Source of the DNA: a virus
Lineage: Duplodnaviria; Heunggongvirae; Uroviricota; Caudoviricetes
IMG/VR virus record: IMGVR_UViG_3300028887_000068
Location: 178,490 to 242,489 of that record
Reading direction: 5' to 3' (one strand)
DNA: 64,000 nt
The position numbers and the translations under genes were made by a program. Positions 18,835-28,238 of the stretch are shown piece after piece. Every line of letters begins with the position of its first letter. Position 1 is the first letter of the stretch. The notes below the pieces were generated by a model that saw nothing but the letters and a program-made list of their open reading frames with translations, made no database searches and was not told the origin of the DNA.

Positions 18835-20286
18835 CTAATCCCTTATTACTTCTTTCGCAAGAGTTTCTACAATTATCTTGCGTCTACGGTTGAAGTTGCT
18901 CTTCGTCTTGGGGAAAGAGATATCAAAGATATCGTAGACAAAGTACGGAGTCGGATGGTCTACTCTTCCACGGATACGACCAAGTACCTGTGTAAGCTGA
19001 ATGTCGCTGGTAATTGGAACAGTGAGAATGAGATTATCGATGGCGCTATCAGTAGCACTGTCCATAGACTTCTCCGTGGATAGGATAATCTTCTTCTTGA
19101 GCTCTAAGATACGAGTCTTGGTAGAAATCATAGAAGTAAAGTTACCAATCGGAATCTCAGGATAGTCCGTAGTGAGACCATCATAGAGCCACTGAACGAG
19201 ATCGAGAGTACCAACTAAGATAGCGATCTGTCCATCCGGGTTTACCTTAAGAATCTCATCAATAGCGGTTTTGATCTTTTCATAGAGCGCTAACTGTGCC
19301 TCTTCGCACTCCATGAGATACCCGCAGTATACACTCATTCTAACACCGACAACATTGTTGAACTGCTTAGCCCAACCGCTACAGGAAGGTGTCGTGAATG
19401 GTCTCGGACAGTAGGTGATAATCTTCTTATCAGCAACATAGACGTTACTGCGGAATGTATCCATCTCTGGTACGATATACTTGAAGATCTTGTTTTCCTT
19501 ATAGTCAACACGACCGAGAGTTGCAGTAAGGTATAGTGTATACGGCACACAAGATAGCATGTTGATATAGAACACGCTGAGGAGTTCCTTATGGGCTTCG
19601 TCAACAATGTTCATACCGATTCCAAGATCAGCGTACATGTTTCTGATGATTTCTTCGCCGTCGGCGCGTCTTGCAAGTACTTCGAATGTACGATGAACAC
19701 AGATAAAAATCTTGTACTTATCTTTGTTTTTGATAGCCTTCGGGATACTATCGGCACCTTGAATTACACAGATTTCGTCACGCTGAATATCAGTGAATTC
19801 TAGAATGTCTTTAATCCACGGTGTTTCAATCATCGTTACTTTGTGAACAAAGATACACGCCTTCACGCTAAGTCTAGATGCAGCACACAAAGCGAGGAAT
19901 GTCTTTCCGGATCCTGTCGGAAGGTCAAGCACACGAATTCTTGTTTTAAATCTGTTCAGGGAGTCGAACATGTAGTCCAGTGCTTCTCGCTGAAGGTCAT
20001 CTTTAGGTGTGTACTTCATGTTGATGCGAACAGCCGGAGCTTTGATAAACGCATTATCATTATCCTGATTGTCTACTTGAAGACTGTTATTGTAAACAAG
20101 AAACTTCCTTGGGATGAATCTTGGGAGAATAAGATCTCCGTTAGATCTTTCCAAGATAGCTGTCCAGAGAATCTTGGGCCACTTACAGTAGCTATCGTAG
20201 ACAGCCAAGACAGACTTTAAGAATTTCTTGGTTTTCTCCGATACGTCAGAGATAATGAGTCTGAAAGGTTCTATTGTTAGTTTCAT
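18835..20286 (-). CDS. Superfamily 2 DNA helicase (UvsW-like); start revised to MKLTIE
   Basis: Q motif, LPTGSGKT, VDEAH, LTAT, QVLGRIRG. Confidence 0.88.
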   Translation of the reverse strand: MKLTIEPFRLIISDVSEKTKKFLKSVLAVYDSYCKWPKILWTAILERSNGDLILPRFIPRKFLVYNNSLQVDNQDNDNAFIKAPAVRINMKYTPKDDLQREALDYMFDSLNRFKTRIRVLDLPTGSGKTFLALCAASRLSVKACIFVHKVTMIETPWIKDILEFTDIQRDEICVIQGADSIPKAIKNKDKYKIFICVHRTFEVLARRADGEEIIRNMYADLGIGMNIVDEAHKELLSVFYINMLSCVPYTLYLTATLGRVDYKENKIFKYIVPEMDTFRSNVYVADKKIITYCPRPFTTPSCSGWAKQFNNVVGVRMSVYCGYLMECEEAQLALYEKIKTAIDEILKVNPDGQIAILVGTLDLVQWLYDGLTTDYPEIPIGNFTSMISTKTRILELKKKIILSTEKSMDSATDSAIDNLILTVPITSDIQLTQVLGRIRGRVDHPTPYFVYDIFDISFPKTKSNFNRRRKIIVETLAKEVIRD

Positions 20287-20401
20287 ATACGCTCCTTGCA
20301 ATGTTTAGTTAGGAATAAGCCTCTATGACTGTTTTTCTGTTTGTTTTTTTATTTTTAATAAAAGAGAAAAAAAAACAAATCTCCGCGAGGGAGATTTATT
20401 C

Positions 20402-20638
20402 TTAAATGGGTTTTAATAACAACATCTTATCAGCGACAGAGTTGAAGTTAGGCTTAGAGATGACTTCATCATCCATCTGCAGCTCGATGATGTCTTTATA
20501 GTATACTTGCATCGGAGTGCCATTAGTGGTCTTGAACGTAAAGTAGTCCTGCATTGCGATGAAGGAATCGGCAGCAACAGAGTAGACGTTCGGAAGAGTA
20601 GAATAGCCTTTAGTCTTTAAACGAAGTTCGCAGATCAT
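20402..20638 (-). CDS. Small beta-rich protein (one copy of a local repeat domain)
   Basis: 78 aa, YKDIIELQMD motif, ATGA overlap. Confidence 0.6.
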   Translation of the reverse strand: MICELRLKTKGYSTLPNVYSVAADSFIAMQDYFTFKTTNGTPMQVYYKDIIELQMDDEVISKPNFNSVADKMLLLKPI

Positions 20639-21129
20639 CTTACCTCCAGATTCTTTAAGACTCTTTCCATCTTTTCATAATCGTATTCATCAATGTCGAG
20701 TATCTCACCATCGATAGACATTTCAAGGATCTCGTCATAACGGAACATGTTGCTAGCAAATCTGAAGTCACGGATGGTAAGATTCTCCGGATTAGCAGTA
20801 AACATCACAGAAGAGAATGTCTGACAGCACTCTTGACAACTACGGAAGAAACGAATGGTACAACTGTGTCCTATCTTATTCGGGATCTGTCCTTTGTAAG
20901 ACGGATACGAGCATGAATCAAGGAGAGCTTCTACATTCTTCGGGAAAGGTCTATCAAGAACATTGTTATCTATCCTTAGATAAATGATATCACGAACACG
21001 AGTGGATATCTTTACTTTCCCAGAATGTTCGATCTCTAGTACGTCGCCGAACAAAATGACGTCACCTAGACCAGTGAACTCGCTCTTCACGCCGTATAAG
21101 TTGTATTTTATTTGGATAGAGTGCAGCAT
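20635..21129 (-). CDS. Protein with two copies of the same small domain
   Basis: VRDIIYLRID and YDEILEMSID halves; promoter 21143-21154. Confidence 0.6.
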   Translation of the reverse strand: MLHSIQIKYNLYGVKSEFTGLGDVILFGDVLEIEHSGKVKISTRVRDIIYLRIDNNVLDRPFPKNVEALLDSCSYPSYKGQIPNKIGHSCTIRFFRSCQECCQTFSSVMFTANPENLTIRDFRFASNMFRYDEILEMSIDGEILDIDEYDYEKMERVLKNLEVR

Positions 21130-21210
21130 AATCTCTCCTTTTCATTAGGAAGTTACCCTATGGTGTCAACTAGTTAATGATGTTTGCATACTTCAAAAGG
21201 AGATCTCATT

Positions 21211-21630
21211 ATGCAGATTCAACTTACTTGGAAAGAACACGGCAATAACTTTGCTGGTGTTTATGAATTCTCTTCTATGGAAGCACAGCATGACTTCCTC
21301 GTTCTTCGTACTAGTGCTGGTACTGTTACGGTTCCGTACAAGTGCATGACAGGTGCCATTGTTGGTACTAATGACGCTATGACTATCTTCAATCAGGAAG
21401 CTTTTGCCGACGAGATTACTGATTTGCTGACAGAAGACAAGAAGTTCCCTGAACTTCCGTCTACTCAGATCGAAGACCTCGAACCGACATATCCGGATAC
21501 GGACACTAAACCGGACAAGACTCCGGCTGAGGCACAGGAAACGAATGGAACGCAGACTCAGGGTGGCTCTGATCCGGCACCGAGCGGTGAAGGTGGTCAA
21601 GGAGCTGGCGGTTCTGATCCGAATACCTAA
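21211..21630 (+). CDS. Small-domain protein with a low-complexity acidic/Gly-Pro tail; start revised to MQIQL
   Basis: SD aggag, promoter AACTAGTTAATG at 21168-21179. Confidence 0.65.
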   Translation: MQIQLTWKEHGNNFAGVYEFSSMEAQHDFLVLRTSAGTVTVPYKCMTGAIVGTNDAMTIFNQEAFADEITDLLTEDKKFPELPSTQIEDLEPTYPDTDTKPDKTPAEAQETNGTQTQGGSDPAPSGEGGQGAGGSDPNT

Positions 21631-21692
21631 GGCCAAAATTCTTTTGCCATTAAAGAAATATTCTCTATACCTAAGTGGTATAGAGAATATTT

Positions 21693-23369
21693 TTAATACG
21701 CTTCGGTAGGAACTGTGAAGTCTGTAGTCCACTTGCAAGCCTTGCAGACTGCAAGCTGAGCCCAAAGGCCACATATTCCATTGCCTTCGCCTGATTCAAA
21801 GCTGGTTATGAGAATTTTTGACGGCATTAGTCCTATCCACTCGTCTAATGTCTTAGTAACAGAGTTTTCGTTCGTTATGGTTGTGCTTAAAGCTAGAGTA
21901 GCGTATAATTTTCCATCGACGAATACATATAGATTACTCGTATCTACAGTTACAGCAAAATGATGCCAAGATGCGATCCAAGTTGTAAAATATGGGCCGC
22001 CTTGTGCAGAATCAGGATTTATTCCATCTGGTTCAAAACCTAATAATTTATGGTCATCTGTATATTCATCAGTTAGATATAAGCCAATATGGGTATCATT
22101 AGGATCTTCTGAGTCAAGGAACCTTGATATCTTTAAAGCTAAATGTAGTTCATTAGGATCTTCAGGTCTATATTTAGCAGCCCCGATATAGAAAATAAAA
22201 TTATGATTAAATTCATAAGGTTCACGACATGCAAAGAATGTTTCTACAGTAAATGGGGTAGATATATTGCCAGAATCAAATGAGAACGCTAAATCAGTAT
22301 GCCACCCGTAATCGCAGGTTACTGTAGCAACTGGTGTACCAGAACTAATACCATATTTGCTGCAATCTATTGGGCTTCTATTATCCACTAAGGTAGCTCC
22401 AGCAGTAGTATCGTCAAACATAGATAAATTGGAATCCCATTGGTATAAGTCATCATACCAATCATTAGGAACGGTCGTTACCCATTGACCATTATCAGGC
22501 GTACCTATACTATGTCCACTTATAAAATTCTGAAGAAGCACATATTCAACACCTTCACTTGGCGGGTCAATGAATTTGTCTATCCGCCAACATTGTCCAA
22601 CTACACACAGCTGATAGCATTCGCCCGGTAATACAGTTAATGTATTTCCAGTAACCGGACAGTGTAAAGTTTCGACACCAGCATGCTCGGTAGCATTAAT
22701 CGTCCAAGTTACATTTATTTTTAGCGTTTCGATTGATGCACCTGGATCAATATGGATGTCGATAACAAAGTTAGGGAAGTCGTGAGTGCTGCTTGTTGTT
22801 ACATTAAAGGTGATATTATTACAGGAGTCAACAGTAACGTTCCTATAAGAATTATTATCGATTTCGATTGTGGCATCGTCAGGCTTATTGTTAAACCATT
22901 TTAACGGCGTGACATACTTCCAGTCATATCCGTTTTCGGTCTTGGTCAATACTTGGCCAGCTTCTCCTCCGGTTGGAAGATCTGAACCGCCACCAACTGG
23001 TTTTCCGCCAATCTCGGTGACTTTATCTTCTTCGATAGTCAAAGTTAAGGAGTTACCATTTTCATCCTTCTTAGCTCTTTCCGCTAAAAGACTCTTGCCG
23101 TTGATTCCTGAAACGAAAGTTACTGAATTAGAATCGCCGATAGCCTCATTACTAGAGTCAAGGATATCATCACCGTTAGAATCTTGGATACTACTGCTGA
23201 CTGTAGTTTCAGTAATACTAACAGAAGAGCCACCGCCAACTGGTTTTCCGCCAATCTCGGTGACTTTATCTTCTTCGATAGTCAAAGTTAAGGAGTTACC
23301 ATTTTCATCCTTCTTAGCTCTTTCAGCCAGCAAACCTGCGTTGCCGAAGCCATTAATAAATTCGCTCAT
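21693..23369 (-). CDS. Tail fibre/receptor-binding protein with a C-terminal LamG/ConA-like domain
   Basis: WHHFAVT..VFVDGKL and FTVPTEAY end; LPTGGEAGQVLTK fibre motif; duplicated N-terminal segment. Confidence 0.7.
   Translation of the reverse strand: MSEFINGFGNAGLLAERAKKDENGNSLTLTIEEDKVTEIGGKPVGGGSSVSITETTVSSSIQDSNGDDILDSSNEAIGDSNSVTFVSGINGKSLLAERAKKDENGNSLTLTIEEDKVTEIGGKPVGGGSDLPTGGEAGQVLTKTENGYDWKYVTPLKWFNNKPDDATIEIDNNSYRNVTVDSCNNITFNVTTSSTHDFPNFVIDIHIDPGASIETLKINVTWTINATEHAGVETLHCPVTGNTLTVLPGECYQLCVVGQCWRIDKFIDPPSEGVEYVLLQNFISGHSIGTPDNGQWVTTVPNDWYDDLYQWDSNLSMFDDTTAGATLVDNRSPIDCSKYGISSGTPVATVTCDYGWHTDLAFSFDSGNISTPFTVETFFACREPYEFNHNFIFYIGAAKYRPEDPNELHLALKISRFLDSEDPNDTHIGLYLTDEYTDDHKLLGFEPDGINPDSAQGGPYFTTWIASWHHFAVTVDTSNLYVFVDGKLYATLALSTTITNENSVTKTLDEWIGLMPSKILITSFESGEGNGICGLWAQLAVCKACKWTTDFTVPTEAY
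22993..23324. repeat. Exact 89-bp intragenic direct repeat (22993-23081 and 23236-23324)
   Basis: Identical nucleotide copies 243 bp apart, encoding ERAKKDENGNSLTLTIEEDKVTEIGGKPVG. Confidence 0.95.
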
Positions 23370-23453
23370 ATAGAAAATCTCCTATAGATATTAGACAATT
23401 AGGAGTTTGTGCTATAAAAAAGTACTAACCATTACTGGTTAGCACCTTAAAAT

Positions 23454-24062
23454 TTAGTCATAATACGAATCCATAGGGATAAGAATAGCTTGCTTTCCAA
23501 AAATTCTAAAAGCAAACAAATTTTTAATGCTTGTAGTTGAAATACTACTAGGAGGATTAGACTTTAGCTGAGCAAAATTGTTGATATAATTTTTGATGTA
23601 CTCTTTGATATTGAATAAGGGTAAATCTTCCCTATCTGGCATTTCGGCATATATAGCTAAAGAATCTTGTAGTTTATATTCTCCGACTGTCTGAATCACA
23701 ATATCATAGTAATCATTAGCTTCAATGGCAGGAAGTTTTACAAATATCCCACATAGATCGTATCCTTCTGAAGAAGGAGCTGTTAATTGGCTAATGTCTA
23801 TAAAGTACATAGTATTGTTTTGAACTTCTAGGTCAATATGATCGCCGTATATGTCTGCGTTCGTTAGAGTTTTATTAACGACTGTGTACTTTCCGCTTCC
23901 TCCGCTGCTTCCGCCAAATTCACTAAACGGAATATTGATATCAGTCGTAGCACCATCAGCAGTGGTCTTGCCCTGAGCTAAGATAGTAGCTGTTTCTTTA
24001 AACTTGGCTTTTTGTTCGGCTGTAAGTTCGCTAAGTTTTTTGTATGAGCTGGCTTGGGCCAT
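23454..24062 (-). CDS. Hypothetical protein, likely fibre-associated
   Basis: 202 aa with GGSSGGSG linker, AT-rich like the adjacent fibre genes, own AACT promoter at 24090-24101. Confidence 0.6.
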   Translation of the reverse strand: MAQASSYKKLSELTAEQKAKFKETATILAQGKTTADGATTDINIPFSEFGGSSGGSGKYTVVNKTLTNADIYGDHIDLEVQNNTMYFIDISQLTAPSSEGYDLCGIFVKLPAIEANDYYDIVIQTVGEYKLQDSLAIYAEMPDREDLPLFNIKEYIKNYINNFAQLKSNPPSSISTTSIKNLFAFRIFGKQAILIPMDSYYD

Positions 24063-24144
24063 ATAAACCTCTCATGTTATAATGTTTAACAATTTGGAGT
24101 TTAAGTATAAAAAGGACTAGCCTATGAAGCTAGTCCTTATAAAT

Positions 24145-27100
24145 TTAAGACACAATTGTAGTATTCATGGTAATCCAAGCATAAGTCGGTGTACCGTTAG
24201 TCATTGTACAAGTCAAGATATAACTACCATTACCTGACGGAGCTGGAGGGAGAGTCATCCGTGGCTTATCATCAGCTACAACTTGCCAAAGTGTATTTGC
24301 GCCAGTATAAGACTGTGTTACAGAAGCTGTACCTTCATGCATCACATGCGCAATAAACTTGAAGTTCGTATGCTTTGCAGGGTCATTATCTGCTTGGCCA
24401 GTCGTACCATCATTGAAGTAAGCATACCAAGCCGTGTTATCCTTTTCAACTACGCCAATATTAGAAATGAGGTTAAAGTTGATAGGAGTAGCATAAGAAG
24501 AGTCATAGATATTGTATCCACTAATCTTGCCATGTTTAGTGATTCTACCGATATCAAGAGTAGCATTGATTTCTCTCATCTTGTATGTCTCGTCAGAATA
24601 CAGACCCTTAGTAGAGAATCTAAGCTCAGTATCGAGAATACCAGTATTCACAGTAACGTTGCTGTTAACGAACTCGATTGCAGAATTGTCTACAAAGGTA
24701 TCCGGAACTTCAATGCTAAACTGAGGATAGCATGGCTTTATTTCAGGAGACGAGATAAATGAAGGTTCATCATATACATTTCCGAGTACAGACGAACTGA
24801 TAGCGCTCCTACGTTTATACCCATAGTCTACTGAGAATAGGTGTGTTTCAACAATTATCTCTGAAGACGCAATAAAGCTACAATGGAAGAACGGGAGTCT
24901 ATCAGCCGGGTTAGTGCCATTACCAATAGTCAGAGTATCTGCTATGATAGATAATCCGTTAGGGCCAATCGGATCAGACAAAGCAGCAGCACCTGAATCG
25001 TATGTCTTAAGGTATACTCTCGGTGCATTAGCATTAATACCTACGCAACCATAGAAACCACGCTGTGCGTTAAGTGTAAAATCAGCTTGATTTGTTGCAT
25101 TAAGTCTTATGCTAGCTCCTGTCATTTTGAACTTAGAAAGATCAGCAATAATTTCGTCAGAATTAATTTCAATAGCAAATCGTTCAGTCGTAGTTGACGT
25201 AGATATATACGGAGATTTTGCTGCATCAGTATTGAACTGAACAAAGTATTTTGATTCCAAGACAATATCACAGGCAGCAAACCTACTGTTTTCATAGTAC
25301 AAATATCCTTCAGTTTTCAGTCTGAAGGTGTTTGCACAAACACCGTAGACTTCCATGCGTTGACCGCACTGAGCAGAGAATACGCTATACCATGCCGTTT
25401 TAGTATAGTCTACTATGTCATATTTGAAATCTCCAGTGACGTTACGAACGAACAAGAGTGTACCGCTATTATTGATACCACTGCTCATTTCGCTAGTATC
25501 GGGATACAGTTTCAGACTTCTGAAGTCATAGAATGAATAGACATTCTGATTTGAGCCCTTCGGAAGATTTGCGACTGTAACATCTAAGTTAAGGTTGCCC
25601 TGAATAGCAAGAATACCAGAAGTATTCTGTTGACCAGTAGCCTCCCAAATTTTCTTGGCATCAAGTGTAATATTAGAACCACCGTTTCCCAAGATATGAA
25701 TAAGAATCGGATAGTTGCTATGTTCCACCTTGCTGATAGCTCTGTACAAACCTTTCGGAGTGCAAACAGGAGTCTTTTCTGAGAGACCGTCATTAAGATC
25801 GATAGATGTTACAGAGCTATACGGATGAATGTAGAATTCTCTAATCAGCTTATGGTCAAACGTTGCTGTAATCTTGCCAGTAGGCTTAATGTTGCCATTA
25901 GTATCCAGCGGAGGCTGATAATCAACAGAGGAGCCGATAGAAGAATTACAGAATCCTAAGATAATAAAGTTATCCCACGGATAGAGACGGAGTTCGCCAT
26001 TGAGGAAGATACCGCCAATACGACCTGCAATATTACCAGTAAAGTTAACACTGCCGCCATTCGTATAGAAAGCGATAGGCTTATAATAGACACCGTAATA
26101 GTTGCTTCCATAGTTAAATACGCCGACGTCGATTAGCGCATACTGACCAGCTTTTTGATTACCATAAGGGCAAAGATGAAGCATGGTAGTATAGTTGTTC
26201 ATCACATAGACTGAATCAGCGTTGATAATAGCACTATACTTTGTATCAGTGTTTATATCTTTAGTTTCCCATCCAAGACCTGCGATTTTGTCATTGACGG
26301 AGGAGTTGCCACCAACAATGATATAACCACCACCGCTACCTGTATACAAGGATACGCAGTCAATCTTAAGGAACATAGCCGAGATATATGCACCAGTTGA
26401 AATACAGACATCACCATCAGAAGAAGAGTCATCTACACCAGTAGTCTTGATATAAATGGCATATGCCAGAACTTCATTGCCGCCATTTGCAACTTCAAAC
26501 TTTCTGGCTCTAACATCCAAGAAGTCAAAATAGCTAATGCTGCTTCCATATGTCTTGGTACCAATCTTCTTGACGGATGAATTAAACTTAAGGTTTTCGC
26601 AAGTAATATGAACTGATCTGTTTGAAGCAGCATTTGCTGGGAGGATGTTATTAATTTCAACATTTCCTTCAGACTTGATGATAACTTTCTTTCCGATAAT
26701 ATCAGGAAGATTTGTCGTGCCAGATCCGCTGTATGTATTAATTAGGACTATTTTACCATTGATAGGCGGAACTGTTTCCCTAGAATTGGAGAATGTAATA
26801 CGTTCCGCAGAAATTTTGATTCTTTCAGCACCAAGGATATATTCATTTGATGCGTCATTATTATAGAAATAGATTTCGCCAGCTTCAGAAGTGATGTTGA
26901 TATTGGCATAATTACCATCACCATAGTTTGTAATGGCAATTTGGTTCTGTATTTCAATATTACGGGTACTATGAATATTAACATCGCTATAAGAATCTAT
27001 TTTAGGAAGATACCCAGATTCGCAAGTAAGATTAAATCTTCCGCAAGTAATAGCACTAGCCCTATGGGTCTGAAGCTTCCAGCAACTAACAAGACATTCA

Positions 27101-28230
27101 CCAGTAACATTAATGGTATGATTGCCATTGTTATAAGAGAAGTAAACTTCGGTACCAGCAGTATAGCCGCCAGTTCCAGTGAGATCAGTATAACCAATAG
27201 TGTCAGAAGTTACAGCTAAACGATAGCATGTAATATCTGCATCACGGAGGTCTATGACTACACCTCTTACAGTATGGAACTTAACTTCAGAATTTTCTCT
27301 GTTACATTGAATATTAGCGTTCTTAGCGTAAATATTAGCAAACGCTTTAATATTCACGAACTTAGAAGAAATATTCGTAGTATAGCCTTCATTGATAGTA
27401 ATATAATTACCACTTTCAACGCTAAAGCTATTACCAGATACATCAAGATTCTTGATTAGAATATGGCTATAAGACTGAATCTTAATATTGCCATTGAGCT
27501 TGACTAGGTTAATGCTTGCAGTAGCATCGCTAAAGTTAAGGTCAAGATAGCCTTCACAGAAAAGCGTAAAGTCCATAGCAAGAACTTTGTTGCTAGATCC
27601 ATCAAGGCTTAAAATTCCTAAAGCATTTGCGCCATTAAGAGTATAATCACCGCCAGCAAGTGCATAAATAGTAGCACCCTTGTTGTCTTTAAGAATACTC
27701 AAAGCCTTAGCAAACGTGGCAACTGGCTTCGCAGATGATAAACCATTATTAGAATCATTACCGTAATTTCTGTCAAGATAGATAATCGGTGTCTGACCTT
27801 GAGGAGCAGGTGACATCCATGCGGGTACACCATTAACTACTGTTAAGACATCACCCGGGTTTCTTCCTGTTGTGCTCGGAACCGGAACTATAGCTCGTAT
27901 CTTTTGCAACAAGACTGAGCTCAGAGACGGGTCGGCAAGCCACTTGCTTGCATCCCAAGCTCCGGCAGGAATATCCTCTTTAGCGCAATAGAACCTTCCC
28001 TCACGATAGACGAAGTCGTCTTTGATATAAGAAACGTCGTCTCTAAAGCCAAAGGCGATATCAAGAGAGGCGGCTACATCAGAGGCAGGAACGCTTTTGG
28101 ATTCCTGCCCGAGACTAAGCACACCCAGATATCTGTCATCGCCACTAGACGACTTAGTAGTTCTGGCTTCTCTAAGACTAATCGTCTGTAATTCATTGGC
28201 GAAACATGAGTCAAATTCAGTATTCGGCAT
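24145..28230 (-). CDS. Large tailspike/adhesin with two beta-helix-like regions
   Basis: Two cap motifs (IYLDRNYGNDSNNGLSSAKPVAT; FYIHP..NDGLSEKTPVCT), N/S/I/T-rich strands, aromatic carbohydrate-binding-like motif YIKDDFVYREGRFYCAK..WDASKW. Confidence 0.7.
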   Translation of the reverse strand: MPNTEFDSCFANELQTISLREARTTKSSSGDDRYLGVLSLGQESKSVPASDVAASLDIAFGFRDDVSYIKDDFVYREGRFYCAKEDIPAGAWDASKWLADPSLSSVLLQKIRAIVPVPSTTGRNPGDVLTVVNGVPAWMSPAPQGQTPIIYLDRNYGNDSNNGLSSAKPVATFAKALSILKDNKGATIYALAGGDYTLNGANALGILSLDGSSNKVLAMDFTLFCEGYLDLNFSDATASINLVKLNGNIKIQSYSHILIKNLDVSGNSFSVESGNYITINEGYTTNISSKFVNIKAFANIYAKNANIQCNRENSEVKFHTVRGVVIDLRDADITCYRLAVTSDTIGYTDLTGTGGYTAGTEVYFSYNNGNHTINVTGECLVSCWKLQTHRASAITCGRFNLTCESGYLPKIDSYSDVNIHSTRNIEIQNQIAITNYGDGNYANINITSEAGEIYFYNNDASNEYILGAERIKISAERITFSNSRETVPPINGKIVLINTYSGSGTTNLPDIIGKKVIIKSEGNVEINNILPANAASNRSVHITCENLKFNSSVKKIGTKTYGSSISYFDFLDVRARKFEVANGGNEVLAYAIYIKTTGVDDSSSDGDVCISTGAYISAMFLKIDCVSLYTGSGGGYIIVGGNSSVNDKIAGLGWETKDINTDTKYSAIINADSVYVMNNYTTMLHLCPYGNQKAGQYALIDVGVFNYGSNYYGVYYKPIAFYTNGGSVNFTGNIAGRIGGIFLNGELRLYPWDNFIILGFCNSSIGSSVDYQPPLDTNGNIKPTGKITATFDHKLIREFYIHPYSSVTSIDLNDGLSEKTPVCTPKGLYRAISKVEHSNYPILIHILGNGGSNITLDAKKIWEATGQQNTSGILAIQGNLNLDVTVANLPKGSNQNVYSFYDFRSLKLYPDTSEMSSGINNSGTLLFVRNVTGDFKYDIVDYTKTAWYSVFSAQCGQRMEVYGVCANTFRLKTEGYLYYENSRFAACDIVLESKYFVQFNTDAAKSPYISTSTTTERFAIEINSDEIIADLSKFKMTGASIRLNATNQADFTLNAQRGFYGCVGINANAPRVYLKTYDSGAAALSDPIGPNGLSIIADTLTIGNGTNPADRLPFFHCSFIASSEIIVETHLFSVDYGYKRRSAISSSVLGNVYDEPSFISSPEIKPCYPQFSIEVPDTFVDNSAIEFVNSNVTVNTGILDTELRFSTKGLYSDETYKMREINATLDIGRITKHGKISGYNIYDSSYATPINFNLISNIGVVEKDNTAWYAYFNDGTTGQADNDPAKHTNFKFIAHVMHEGTASVTQSYTGANTLWQVVADDKPRMTLPPAPSGNGSYILTCTMTNGTPTYAWITMNTTIVS

Positions 28231-28238
28231 AGAATCTC

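Noticed and set aside
22993-23324. 89-bp repeat as a DGR template/variable pair or CRISPR
   Set aside because: The copies are identical with no adenine-specific changes, lie at the N-terminus, and there is no reverse transcriptase or spacer array
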